This document shows positions 1 through 9,566 of a stretch of 32,000 nt of DNA, piece after piece. The stretch lies in the sequence record CM079450.1. One strand, given 5' to 3'. Made by a program: the position numbers and the translations under genes. The notes under the pieces were generated by a model, which saw nothing but the letters and a program-made list of their open reading frames with translations, made no database searches and was not told the DNA's origin. Numbering within the stretch: position 1 is the first letter of the stretch; each line of letters opens with the position of its first letter.

Positions 1-18
1 AATTTTATAGTTAAATTA

Positions 19-92
19 TGCCTACTACTAGATTTGAACTAGTGACAATCAGCTTATGAAACGGACGCTCTAACCAACTGAGCTAAGCAGGC
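19..92 (-). tRNA. trnM: tRNA-Met (anticodon CAU), elongator-like
   Basis: Reverse complement reads GCCTGCT-TA-GCTC-AGTTGGTTA-GAGC-G-TCCGT-TTCATAA-GCTGA-TTGTC-ACTAG-TTCAAAT-CTAGT-AGTAGGC-A. It has a 7-bp acceptor stem (one G.T), a 4-bp D stem, a 5-bp T stem with a TTCAAAT loop, and anticodon loop TT-CAT-AA. There is one C.T mismatch in the anticodon stem. Met versus lysidine-modified Ile(CAU) cannot be settled by eye. Confidence 0.85.
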
Positions 93-228
93 TTTTTTTA
101 TATATTTTTTTATACTATAAAAGTTTTAACATATTACCACACATAAAAAAAAAAGACAAAAAGGTTTTTTCTTACTGTCAGTGTAAAAATTTTTTTGTAA
201 GAGGTACATATATTTTTAAGGGCCCTTC

Positions 229-327
229 TATACCATTGTATCCCCTTCTTTCTTTTTTGCCAAAGCAATAAAAGTTATATACTTTTATTGCTTTGGCAAA
301 AAAGAAAGAAGGGAATACAATGGTATA
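229..327. repeat. Long near-perfect hairpin (about 47-bp arms, 5-nt AT loop)
   Basis: Positions 229-275 (tataccattgtatccccttctttcttttttgccaaagcaataaaagt) and 281-327 (acttttattgctttggcaaaaaagaaagaagggaatacaatggtata) are reverse complements with one mismatch. Confidence 0.9.
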
Positions 328-493
328 GAGGAGGGTGAGTTCTACATGCAAAGAAAGGGTAGAATATACTGACCTATGGTTTTCATAAAAGATTTTGCAT
401 CTTTAGAAGAGGTCTATTAAAAATGAACTTTTTCGCTTCTTCCCTATATATATTTAAGGTATGGATATATTTAAGGTATGGCTTCTTTCCCTT

Positions 494-598
494 CCGGTCC
501 ATCGGCGAAGCCGAAGCACTTTGTGTTCTCTCCATAGCATAAGCTTTGCTTATACTATGGAGAGAACACAAAGTGCTTCGGCTTCGCCGATGGACCGG
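494..598. repeat. 105-nt compound palindrome made of nested repeat modules
   Basis: The 44-nt left arm ccggtccatcggcgaagccgaagcactttgtgttctctccatag is the exact reverse complement of the 44-nt right arm. The 17-nt centre cataagctttgcttata is the ataagc-ttt-gcttat hairpin unit. Confidence 0.9.
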
Positions 599-956
599 AA
601 AAGCACTATTATGCGGGAACAAAGGGATGATATAACTTGCCGGTCCGGTAGTATAAGCTTTGCTTATGCTTCGGAAAAGCACCAAATAATTATTGGGTGC
701 TTTTAAATTATATAAGGCATTTATGGGTTCCCCTCCGGTCCATCGGCGAAGCCTTATATTATTTATAAGCACCAAATAATTATTTGGTGTTCTCTCCATA
801 GCATAAGCTTTGCTTATACTTAATTTAAAAGAAGAGAGAACACCAAATAATTATTTGGTGCTTATAAATAATATAAGGCTTCGCCGATGGACCGGAAAAG
901 CACTGCCATAAAAGCCTTGCACTTTGTGCATGGACCGGTCCATTCTTCTTTCCTCC

Positions 957-990
957 GGTCCGGTAGGAACCGGCCGGTTCCTACCGGACC
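957..990. repeat. 34-nt GC-rich perfect palindrome family (representative copy)
   Basis: The unit is ggtccggtaggaaccggccggttcctaccggacc. I read 13 intact copies by eye, starting at 957, 1153, 1325, 8309, 8630, 10023, 11651, 11825, 12599, 16060, 19927, 21849 and 24861. There are variants at 2653/2686 and a chimera with the ctaccgtcagaagacc unit at 4456. Its translation gives the RSGRNRPVPTGP peptide that recurs in many track ORFs on both strands. Confidence 0.95.
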
Positions 991-1411
991 GGAAAAGCAC
1001 TATCATCCCAAAGGGATAATATAACTTCCCTAAAGGGAAGAAGCGTTAAAACAAATAATAATTTGGTTGGTGTTTTCTTCTGTCTGTGCGTCCCTCCGGT
1101 CCTTGCACAAAGTGCATAGTATAAGCAAAGCTTATGCTACCGTCAGAAGACCGGTCCGGTAGGAACCGGCCGGTTCCTACCGGACCGGAAAAGCACTTTT
1201 CTTTTAACTATGCGCTTCTTTCCTTTAGGAAAGCATATACGCGCGAAGCGCGGAGAAGGGGTGTTTTCTTGAACACCAACAGAAAAAACAAACTAAAGGG
1301 AAATCCCTTTGTTTGTGCTTTTCCGGTCCGGTAGGAACCGGCCGGTTCCTACCGGACCGGTCCATTGCCTAAAGGGAAGGCTTTATTTTCCAGCCTTATA
1401 TTATTTATAAG

Positions 1412-1431
1412 CACCAAATAATTATTTGGTG
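1412..1431. repeat. 20-nt AT-rich perfect palindrome family (representative copy)
   Basis: The unit is caccaaataattatttggtg. Exact copies also start at 770, 841, 1462, 3087, 3343, 3407, 3968 and 4114, with dozens more across the window. Variants end in tgggtg or taggtg. Its translation gives the HQIIIWC / TPNNYLV peptides seen in the ORF track. Confidence 0.95.
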
Positions 1432-1982
1432 CAAGGACCGGAGGATGATATAATTTATAAGCACCAAATAATTATTTGGTGCTTATAAATAATATAAGGC
1501 TGGAAAATAAAGCCTTCCCTTTAGGCAATGGACCGGAAGCACTTTTCTGCGGAAGCACCAACTAAAGGGAAGAAGAAGAAGCAATAAAACTTTTCCTAAT
1601 AAAAGGGGTGCAGCCAATACGCACTTCTACAATTTAATTTCCATATAGTGCCTTTCATTACTCATTACTTTTCCCCCTTTTATTATTATATACACTTGGT
1701 GGATTTGGCATAATTATGCCAAACCCACCAAGTGTATATAATAATAAAAGGGGGAAAAGAAGCCATCATTTTTTACTTTAGAGGGGCAACTAAGGGCTTC
1801 GCCCTTATAAAAGCTTCGCTTTTAGTAGAAATTAGTAGCTATAACTAGTTTGTAAATTCTATTTTTACTGCGCACATATATATTTATATAGCTTACACTG
1901 GTGCCTATCATCTAATTTTACCCAGAATTACTGATAAAAAGATTGTTACACCTTATCCAGATAAAATCATCAAAGTAAGTGA

Positions 1983-2072
1983 CGGAGAGAGAGGGATTTG
2001 AACCCTCGGTACAGAGATATTCTATACAGCAGATTAGGAATCAGCCGCTTTCGACCACTCAGCCATCTCTCT
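1983..2072 (-). tRNA. tRNA-Ser-like gene with CCU anticodon (paralog of trnS-GCU; functional status uncertain)
   Basis: Reverse complement reads AGAGAGA-TG-GCTGAGTGGTCGAAAGC-G-GCTGA-TTCCTAA-TCTGC-TG-TATAGA-ATATC-TCTGTA-CC-GAGGG-TTCAAAT-CCCTC-TCTCTCC-G. It has a class II cloverleaf with a long variable arm. My hand alignment shows 8 differences from trnS(GCU) at 13493-13581. Anticodon loop TT-CCT-AA gives CCU. Position 1 is A opposite C72, a mismatch at the top of the acceptor stem. Confidence 0.6.
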
Positions 2073-2625
2073 TTTTTATTATTATATACAATACAATAAA
2101 GAAAATAATAATGTCTCTTTTAGAAAACTAAGCCGTACATTTAAAAACTTTTAAATTTTTTATTGATTTTGTTTTTTTTGGTAGTCACGCGTTCTAAAAG
2201 AAACAAAAAATAAAACTAAACAAGATATAATATATGCGTGATTTTTTTTTAATAACATTTTATTTTAATTATAAAAACAATATTTTTTTATAAATATTAT
2301 AAAAAAGGCAAGGCAATGCTTTGCTTTATAAAGAAAAGGCGTCTAATTAAAATGATTTGAATTTACACTTTATATAAAAGTTTTATAAATGATCCTGTAA
2401 AAGCAAAAACTAGACCGTGAAGTATGAGGGTAAAACTTCTATGCTTCCCCCTTATTTTTCTCTGCTGCCCCCCTTTTTTTGTGCTTTTCCGGTCTTCTGA
2501 CGGTAGCATAAGCTTTGCTTATACTACCGTCAGAAGACCGGAGTAAACTAGAACTGCTACACCACTTAGGTGGTGTTGCTTCTTCCCCCTTTTTTTCTCT
2601 TCTGCTTCCCTGTGTATATATATAG

Positions 2626-2745
2626 TTGGTGCTTCCGCAGAAAAGTGCTTCCGGTCCGGAGGAACCGGCCGGTTCCTACCGGACCGGTCCGGTAGGAACC
2701 GGCCGGTTCCTCCGGACCGGAAGCACTTTTCTGCGGAAGCACCAA
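2626..2745. repeat. Perfect 120-nt palindrome containing two head-to-head variants of the 34-nt unit
   Basis: I reverse-complemented 2626-2685 by hand and it equals 2686-2745 exactly. Each half carries an asymmetric copy of the GC-rich unit (ggtccgg-aggaacc...ggttcctaccggacc), and the asymmetry is mirrored in the other half. Confidence 0.95.
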
Positions 2746-4900
2746 CTAAAGGGAAGAAGCGTTTTCTTCCCTTTAGTTGGTGCTTCCGCAGAAAAGGTGT
2801 TCGGTGCCTCTGCATAAACAAAAACACACGGTTTTAAGGCTGAGCCTTATATTTTGCCTTTAGGCAAGATAGTGTTTCTAAATTATAAAAGGCTTCTTTC
2901 CCTTCTACACTATCTTGCCTTTATTTAAAAAATAAAGCCCCCCCTTTTTAAAAAAATTAAAAAAAGTTCTAGTTTACAAAAGGAAAATATAACTAAAAAC
3001 TTATATTTCATATAATTATATTTCATATAAGCTCTTCTTCCGGTCTTCTGACGGTAGCATAAGCTTTGCTTATACTATGGAGAGAACACCAAATAATTAT
3101 TTGGTGCTTCGGCTTCGCCGATGGACCGGAAGGCAGCCTTAAAACATTGCAAACCAAATTATTATTGGTTTTAAGGCTGAGCCTTATATCTTGCCTAAAG
3201 GGAAAATATAAGGCTCAGCCTTAAAAGCGTGTGTTTTTCTTTTTGTAAACTAGAACTTTTTTTAATTTATTGCTATGGCTTTCCCATAAATGCCTCACCC
3301 CTTCGTTAAAAGAAAAGTGCTTTTCCGGTCCTAATTTATAAGCACCAAATAATTATTTGGTGTTCTCTCTTCTTTTAAATTAAGTATAAGCAAAGCTTAT
3401 GCTATGCACCAAATAATTATTTGGTGCAAGGACCGGAAGGACACAAACAAAATTTTATGGACTTTTAACGCTGAGCCTTATATTTTCCCTTTACTTAAAA
3501 AATAAAGCCCCCCCTTTTGTAAACTAGAACTTCTTATACCGCAGGGAAGAAGTTCTAGTTTACAAAAGCACCTGTTACAAGGCAGGGGGAAAGAAGGGGG
3601 GGCTTTATTTTTTTATTTTTTAAGTAAAGGCATATATTTTTAAGCATCATCCCTTCGGGATAATAACCAGGCAACTGCTTTCCTTTAGCAATAAATGCCT
3701 CATCTTTTGTTTTCCCCCTCTTAATTATATACACTTGGTGGGTTTGGCATAATTATGCCAAACCCACCAAGTGTAAGGGGAAAATAAGTGTGTATATAAG
3801 TGCCTTACCCTTACAAAAAAGCTGCTTGCCTATTTTTAGGGCACTTTGTTTGCACTTTCCTAAAGGGAAGGGGTGTTTTCTTCTCCCCTTCCGGTCCATT
3901 GCCTAAAGGGAAATCCCTTTGTTTGTGCTTTTCCGGTCCATTGCCTAAAGGGAAGGCGAAGCCGAAGCACCAAATAATTATTTGGTGCTTATAAATTAGG
4001 ACCGGAGGATAATATTATTTATAAGCACCAAATAATTATTGGGTGTTCTCTCTTCTTTTAAATTAAGTATAAGCAAAGCTTATGCTATAAGCAAAGCTTA
4101 TGCTTCGGAAAAGCACCAAATAATTATTTGGTGTTCTCTCCTTTGTATAAGCAAAGCTTATGCTACCGGACCGGAAAAGCACTATCATGCGGGAACAAAG
4201 GGATTATATAACTTCACCCCTTATAAATTATATAAGGGCACTTTTCTTAGCACAAACCAAATTATTATTTGTTTTAACTAAAAACTTATATTTCATATAA
4301 TTATATGAAATATAAGAAGTTTTTATTATATTTCATATAAGCTTCTTCCCTCTGCACAAACAAATAATAATTTGGTTTTAAGAAAAGTGCCCTTATATAA
4401 TTTATAAGGGGTGAAGTTATATCATCCCTTTGTTCCCGCATAATAGTGCTTTTCCGGTCCGGTAGGAACCGGCCGGTTCCTACCGTCAGAAGACCGGTCC
4501 ATTCTTCTTTCCTTTAGTTTGTTTCCCTACAGGGAAGAAAAAACAAACTAAAGGGAAGGCTTTATTTTCTTCGGGAGAACACCGACAGCCTTATATTATT
4601 TATAAGCACCAAATAATTATGTGGTGTTCTCTCTTCTTTTAAATTAAGTATAAGCAAAGCTTATGCTACCGTCAGAAGACCGGAAGGAAGAAGCTAAAGG
4701 CGGAGCCTTTATAAAAACTTCGTTTTTAGTTAAAACAAAAATATATAGGGGTGTTCGGTGCCTCACCCCTTCGTTTGTGCAGAAGGACACAAACAAAAAG
4801 CAAAAGAAGGTAGGTATAAAAGCATAGAGAAATAGGCTTCTGACTTATGAGTTAAATAACAAAAAAGTATATTTATTTAAATTTTAAAAATAAAAAACTA

Positions 4901-7642
4901 ATGGATTCTACTTATTTAAAAAAAACGTCTAACGCTTTTTCCCCCCTTAAAAATATATGGGGGGGAAATAAGTGTGTATGTAACTTTAAAAGCTCTTTAA
5001 GGGTTTTAGATGCTCAACCTAATAAATTTTTTATCTCTTGTAAACAATCTAGAATTGAAAACAATACTACTTTTTATGGATGTTTTTATTTAGGTCCTTT
5101 TGAAACTGGGCAAAGTGTTACTATTGCTAATGCTTTACGGAGAACTTTGTTATCTGACTTAACGGGTATTGCGATTACATCGGTCGAAATCGAAGGAGCC
5201 ATACACGAATACGAAAGTTTAGTGGGGGTTCGGGAGCCCGTATTAGATATTTTATTAAATTTAAAAGATATAATATTAAAAAAATCGTGTAAACATAATA
5301 TAGCCCTTTCTTGGGGGGGAAGGCCTTTTCTTTTTTCCCCCCCTTATAAATTAGATAAGGGGGGAAAAAGAAGCACAAATAATAAGAAGTCTGTATATAA
5401 GTGCTTTTCCCGGAAAACACCTCCCTTCTTCGCACAAACTAAAGGGACGAGAACACCCTCCCTAAAAAAAAAAGGAAAGCAAAAAAAAGGGGGGGCTTTT
5501 ATTTTTGAAGTAAAGAAAAGCGGTCTATTTCCAAAAAGGAAGGGGAGGCTTTTAAAAAAGGTAGGAAAAAAGTTATATACTTTAGAAGGAAAAGCAAAAG
5601 CAGGGCGATGGGGCACGTGTACAATAAGTAGTCAAATAGGTTATTTACGAACTCGAGGACCAGGTGTAGTGAAAGCAGCTGATTTAAAATTGCCTTCTTA
5701 TATTAAATGCGTTGATCCGGAACAATATATAGCCACTCTTTCTGAAGATGGTTATTTAAATATGAAATTCTATGTTCATGAAGGCAAAAATTATGTTATG
5801 AAAAGGCTTACCAACAATATGAATTTAAATGGCGCAGCCACTTTATTTCACGAAAGAAAAAAACGTCTTCGGGGGGGAGCCACTTTCCCTTCTTCGGGGG
5901 GGACCCCTTTTTCATACAGGTCGGGTGTATATAACGCTCTTAGTTTATTTAAAACCAAAAAGCCTTTTTACTGTACATCTTCCATATCAGATAAAGGCAC
6001 AAATGGTATCATAGCGTTAGATACACACCCTAATTTTTCTTTAGGAGTGGCAGATGCTTTAAAAAAAAAAGGGGAAGAAGCCATATACAAAGCATATGAT
6101 TCTAGAAAAAACAAGAAAAGTGTAAATGGTAATTTATTACATTTGGATGCCGTTTTTATGCCTGTAACAAAAGTGAATTATATAATTGAAGCAAATGAAC
6201 AAGCTAATGACGGCTGGATTGCCGCTAACCATAATTTAATGTTATCTAAAGGGGAAAGAGAGGGTATAGCCTTCCCCTCATTCTTTCCCCTAAATAATAT
6301 AAGGGGGAAAGAAGCCTTAGATTCTTTAGAAACACTATCATCTTCTTTCCTTTCGGAAAACAAACAAAGGGATAATATAACTTCTTCTTCCCTAAAGGGA
6401 CGAGAACACCAACTAAAGGGAAGCAGCGTTAAAACCAATAATAATATGGTTTTTTTCGGAAGAACACCAACTAAAGGGAAGGGGAAAGGGGTCCCCCCCG
6501 GTTCACCTAAGAAGGGAAAGGCCTTTGCTTTCCCCTCTAAAAAGGGGAAAGTGAAGGGGAGGGAAGATGGCACCCCTTCGATAAAAGGGGGGGGGGAAGC
6601 GGAAAAAGATAAAGCAAAGGAAGCCATAACTGCGCTTTCAAAAACGCAGATCGGCTTTAGAGGCGGCCTTAAAAACAAATTGGGGGTAGGTACATATACT
6701 TTCGAACAGCGCAAAGAACCTTATTTAAAAACAACTTTTAAAATACCTTCTGAGCAACAGCCAAACAAAAATCTTAAACATAACATAATGTTAGAAATAT
6801 GGACTAATGGTAGTATACACCCACGACAAGCCCTTTATGATAGCTTTAAAAAAGTATTGAGTATTTTTTCTAAACTTCAAAAAATAAAAATAGTAGGATC
6901 TATGCTAAAATCTGATAAATTTTATAAAAAACTTATTACACAAAAATTCTTTGTATCTACACCTAAGCCATTAATATTAAGTGGAGATGCTTCTTCCCCC
7001 CCCCCTTTTTTATTGCAAAAAAAGGGGGGGCTTTTTAGTAAAGTAAAGGGAAATACACACTTAGATACACACCCCCCCAAATTATTATTGGGAACAAACA
7101 AATTATTATTTGGAGGGAAAGAAGTGCAAAGAAAGTTGAGGCCAAATAATTATTTGGAGAAAAAAAAAGTTAGGGGTTCTTATTGTGTATATAAAAAACC
7201 TTTAAGCAGACTTATATTACAAGTAAAAACCAGAAAAAAAGTGCATGCTCTTTACAAAAAACTTAAAAGTCAGACTTTTTTAACTTTCTCCAAAAAGACA
7301 CAAATACCTTATGCTACCAAGAGGTCTTCTAACTTATTTTTTAAAAGAAATAAATCAAACTCTTTTGCTAATAAAAACCACCTAAGAGAGGTTCCTTTAT
7401 TAAAAGAAAAAATAAACCAAAGCCTTCTCCCTTTTATGTCTAAAACCTTAGATTTAATTGATGTGGGCAGTCTCAATATTTCGTTACGGCCTTATACTTG
7501 TTTAAAACGTGCTAATATACATACGGTTAAGGATTTACTTAATTGTGGAAAACAAGCATTAGTTGAAATCAAGAATTTTGGGGTACGTTCCTTGGAAGAA
7601 GTGGAACAAAGTTTAAATGAAATTGGACTTTCTTTAGATTAA
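4901..7642 (+). CDS. rpoA: Plastid-encoded RNA polymerase alpha subunit, greatly expanded by insertions
   Basis: This is a single ATG-initiated 913-codon ORF. Alpha N-terminal-domain blocks are recognisable (GPFETGQSVTIANALRRTLLSDLTGIAITSVEIEGAIHEYESLVGVREPVLDILLNLK; RGPGVVKAADLKLPSYIKCVDPEQYIATL; LDAVFMPVTKVNYIIE; LEIWTNGSIHPRQALYDS). The C-terminal domain is also present (LNISLRPYTCLKRANIHTVKDLLNCGKQALVEIKNFGVRSLEEVEQSL). Four long K/G/P-rich insertions separate these blocks. Confidence 0.9.
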   Translation: MDSTYLKKTSNAFSPLKNIWGGNKCVCNFKSSLRVLDAQPNKFFISCKQSRIENNTTFYGCFYLGPFETGQSVTIANALRRTLLSDLTGIAITSVEIEGAIHEYESLVGVREPVLDILLNLKDIILKKSCKHNIALSWGGRPFLFSPPYKLDKGGKRSTNNKKSVYKCFSRKTPPFFAQTKGTRTPSLKKKGKQKKGGAFIFEVKKSGLFPKRKGRLLKKVGKKLYTLEGKAKAGRWGTCTISSQIGYLRTRGPGVVKAADLKLPSYIKCVDPEQYIATLSEDGYLNMKFYVHEGKNYVMKRLTNNMNLNGAATLFHERKKRLRGGATFPSSGGTPFSYRSGVYNALSLFKTKKPFYCTSSISDKGTNGIIALDTHPNFSLGVADALKKKGEEAIYKAYDSRKNKKSVNGNLLHLDAVFMPVTKVNYIIEANEQANDGWIAANHNLMLSKGEREGIAFPSFFPLNNIRGKEALDSLETLSSSFLSENKQRDNITSSSLKGREHQLKGSSVKTNNNMVFFGRTPTKGKGKGVPPGSPKKGKAFAFPSKKGKVKGREDGTPSIKGGGEAEKDKAKEAITALSKTQIGFRGGLKNKLGVGTYTFEQRKEPYLKTTFKIPSEQQPNKNLKHNIMLEIWTNGSIHPRQALYDSFKKVLSIFSKLQKIKIVGSMLKSDKFYKKLITQKFFVSTPKPLILSGDASSPPPFLLQKKGGLFSKVKGNTHLDTHPPKLLLGTNKLLFGGKEVQRKLRPNNYLEKKKVRGSYCVYKKPLSRLILQVKTRKKVHALYKKLKSQTFLTFSKKTQIPYATKRSSNLFFKRNKSNSFANKNHLREVPLLKEKINQSLLPFMSKTLDLIDVGSLNISLRPYTCLKRANIHTVKDLLNCGKQALVEIKNFGVRSLEEVEQSLNEIGLSLD

Positions 7643-8982
7643 ATAAAATGTTTTTCAGAAAAGTGCTGTCTCTCTTTTTTTAGCTTTTTAAAGTATAACT
7701 TTTATAAAAGCTTCTACTAAAAGCTAAATGCTATGGCTTCTTAAAAAGCCATACAAGCATTTATAAAGGTCTGCTGGGTTTACAAACCTTACTTACCAAA
7801 GGCCCAATATTAGAACACTGCTTCTTTCCCCCTGTTTTTTATCCCTTTTCTTCTAAAGTAAAAAAATGGCTATTTGTTTTTAAGGAAAGCAGTTCCTCCC
7901 TATAAAAATATATATAGGGGAGAAAACTGCTTTTCACCCCTTCGTTAAAAGAAAAGTGCTTTTCCGGTCCTTGCACTTTGTGTTCTCTCCATAGTATAAG
8001 CAAAGCTTATGCTATGCACAAAGTGCAAGGACCGGAAAAGCACTATTATGCCTTTGTTTGTTTCACCCCTTCCTTAAAAGAAAAGTGCTTTTCCGGTCTT
8101 CTGACGGTAGTATAAGCAAAGCTTATGCTATAAGCAAAGCTTATGCATTCTTCTTTCCTTTAGTTTGTTTCCCTACAGGGAAGAAAAAACAAACTAAAGG
8201 GAAATCCCTTTGTTTGGAATGTTTGTCAGAAGCGGAGGATAATATTATTTATAAGCACCAAATAATTATTTGGTGCTTATAAATAATATAAGGCTTCGCC
8301 GATGGACCGGTCCGGTAGGAACCGGCCGGTTCCTACCGGACCGGAAGGACGCACAAACTAAAGGGAAGAAGGATGATATAACGCTCAGCGTTAAAACGAA
8401 AAGGTGAAACAAACTAAAGGGAAATAAGCTTTGCTTATACTTTTTTTTCTCCTCGTGAAAAAAAGTATAAGCAAAGCTTATGCTTACCTTTACTATTGCC
8501 GGTTTTTGCACCAAATAATTATTTGGTGCAAGGCTTTTATTTTTTTTATTTTTTGCAGAGGGGAACCCATAAATACCTTCCCTTTAGTTGGTGCTTAAGA
8601 AAACACCCCTTTAGTTTGTGCGTCCCTCCGGTCCGGTAGGAACCGGCCGGTTCCTACCGGACCGGAAAAGCACAAACTAAAGGGGTGTTTTCTTAAGCAC
8701 CAACTAAAGGGGTGTTTTCTTAAGCACCAAATAATTATTGGGTGCTTCGGCTTCGCCGATGGACCGGTCCATGCACTTCTCCCCTAAATAATAATTTGGG
8801 GTGCAAAACGAAGCCTTATATAATTTATAAGCACCCAATAATTATTTGGTGCATGTATAAGCTTTGCTTATACTACCGGACCGGCTTTTCACCCCTAAAG
8901 GGGAGAAGCAACACCACCTAAGTGGTGTAGCAGTTCTAGTTTACAAAAGGGGGGAGCAGAGAAAAAGAAGGGGCCCCCCCCC

Positions 8983-9052
8983 GTGTATATAAGTGTGTAT
9001 ATAAGTGTGTATATAAGTGTGTATATAAGTGTGTATATAAGTGTGTATATAA
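8983..9052. repeat. Tandem repeat, 12-nt unit gtgtatataagt, 5 full copies plus a partial
   Basis: I counted the units directly: 8983-8994, 8995-9006, 9007-9018, 9019-9030, 9031-9042, and a partial 9043-9052. A single copy of the same gtgtatataagtgtgtat motif occurs at about 18075 after a similar ggggtcccccccc tract. Confidence 0.95.
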
Positions 9053-9566
9053 GAAGCGAAGAAAAAAGTATATAAACCATAGGTGAGTGTGCACTAAACA
9101 TAAAAGAAAAATTTTTAAACAGTATTACTTTTTTCTAGTAAGGACTTAGTCACAAAAATGCATAGCTTAGACGTATATATATGTATTAGTACAGTACCCG
9201 TTTTTTTTTTTCAACTAAAGGTTATATTCTTACTGATACAGGCTTTTATGGCTTATATTGCAAAGCAATATAGGGTTTCTGCCACTTTAGAAACATATAG
9301 CCTATAAAAAAGTTGCATTAAAAAAAAATAATAAAAAACAACCAATATGTAAATTCTAATTATATCCAGGTTTCATGTCAATCTCATAACAGGATAAACC
9401 CTTTTATTAGTTAAAAGGGTATAGGATAAAGCAACAAGTTATAGCCTTTTTGGCATTTCTGCCATCCCCATTCCCCCTATTATTATTATATACCCACCAA
9501 AGGTGTTGCACCCCTCAAATATATATAGGGGACGCACGAGGGGGAAAAGAGGATGGCATTTCCCCC

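Noticed and set aside
383-799. 138-aa minus ORF, and most other 60-130-aa track ORFs (for example 461..706, 2519..2827, 8266..8514, 11595..11870, 18753..19145, 19734..20090, 23657..23923, 26840..27088).
   Set aside because: They lie entirely in repeat mosaic. Their recurring peptides (RSGRNRPVPTGP, HQIIIWC/TPNNYLV, ISKAYA/ISFAYT, SPMDRKS, HPFVKRKVLFRS) are translations of the palindromic units and appear on both strands. None has a recognisable domain.
957-1358. Recurring identical 34-nt palindromes separated by short unique-looking stretches, superficially like a CRISPR array (also the tandem arrays at 8983-9052 and 9567-9650).
   Set aside because: Spacing is irregular (starts at 957, 1153 and 1325, then kilobases apart). 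The intervening sequences are themselves members of other repeat families. Copies occur nested inside larger palindromes. The tandem arrays have no spacers at all. There are no cas genes, and the context is an organelle genome.
5175-6714. Minus-strand ORFs inside rpoA (5175..5435, 5344..5616, 6178..6714).
   Set aside because: They are antisense to the rpoA frame within its repeat-derived, purine/pyrimidine-skewed insertions, which are naturally stop-poor on the opposite strand. No motifs are present.
9158-9307. 49-codon ATG ORF (MHSLDVYICISTVPVFFFQLKVIFLLIQAFMAYIAKQYRVSATLETYSL) in the repeat-free island 9060-9450.
   Set aside because: It resembles no small plastid protein I know (Psb, Pet, Psa or ribosomal families). 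The region is AT-rich, where ORFs of this length arise by chance. It is left uncalled.
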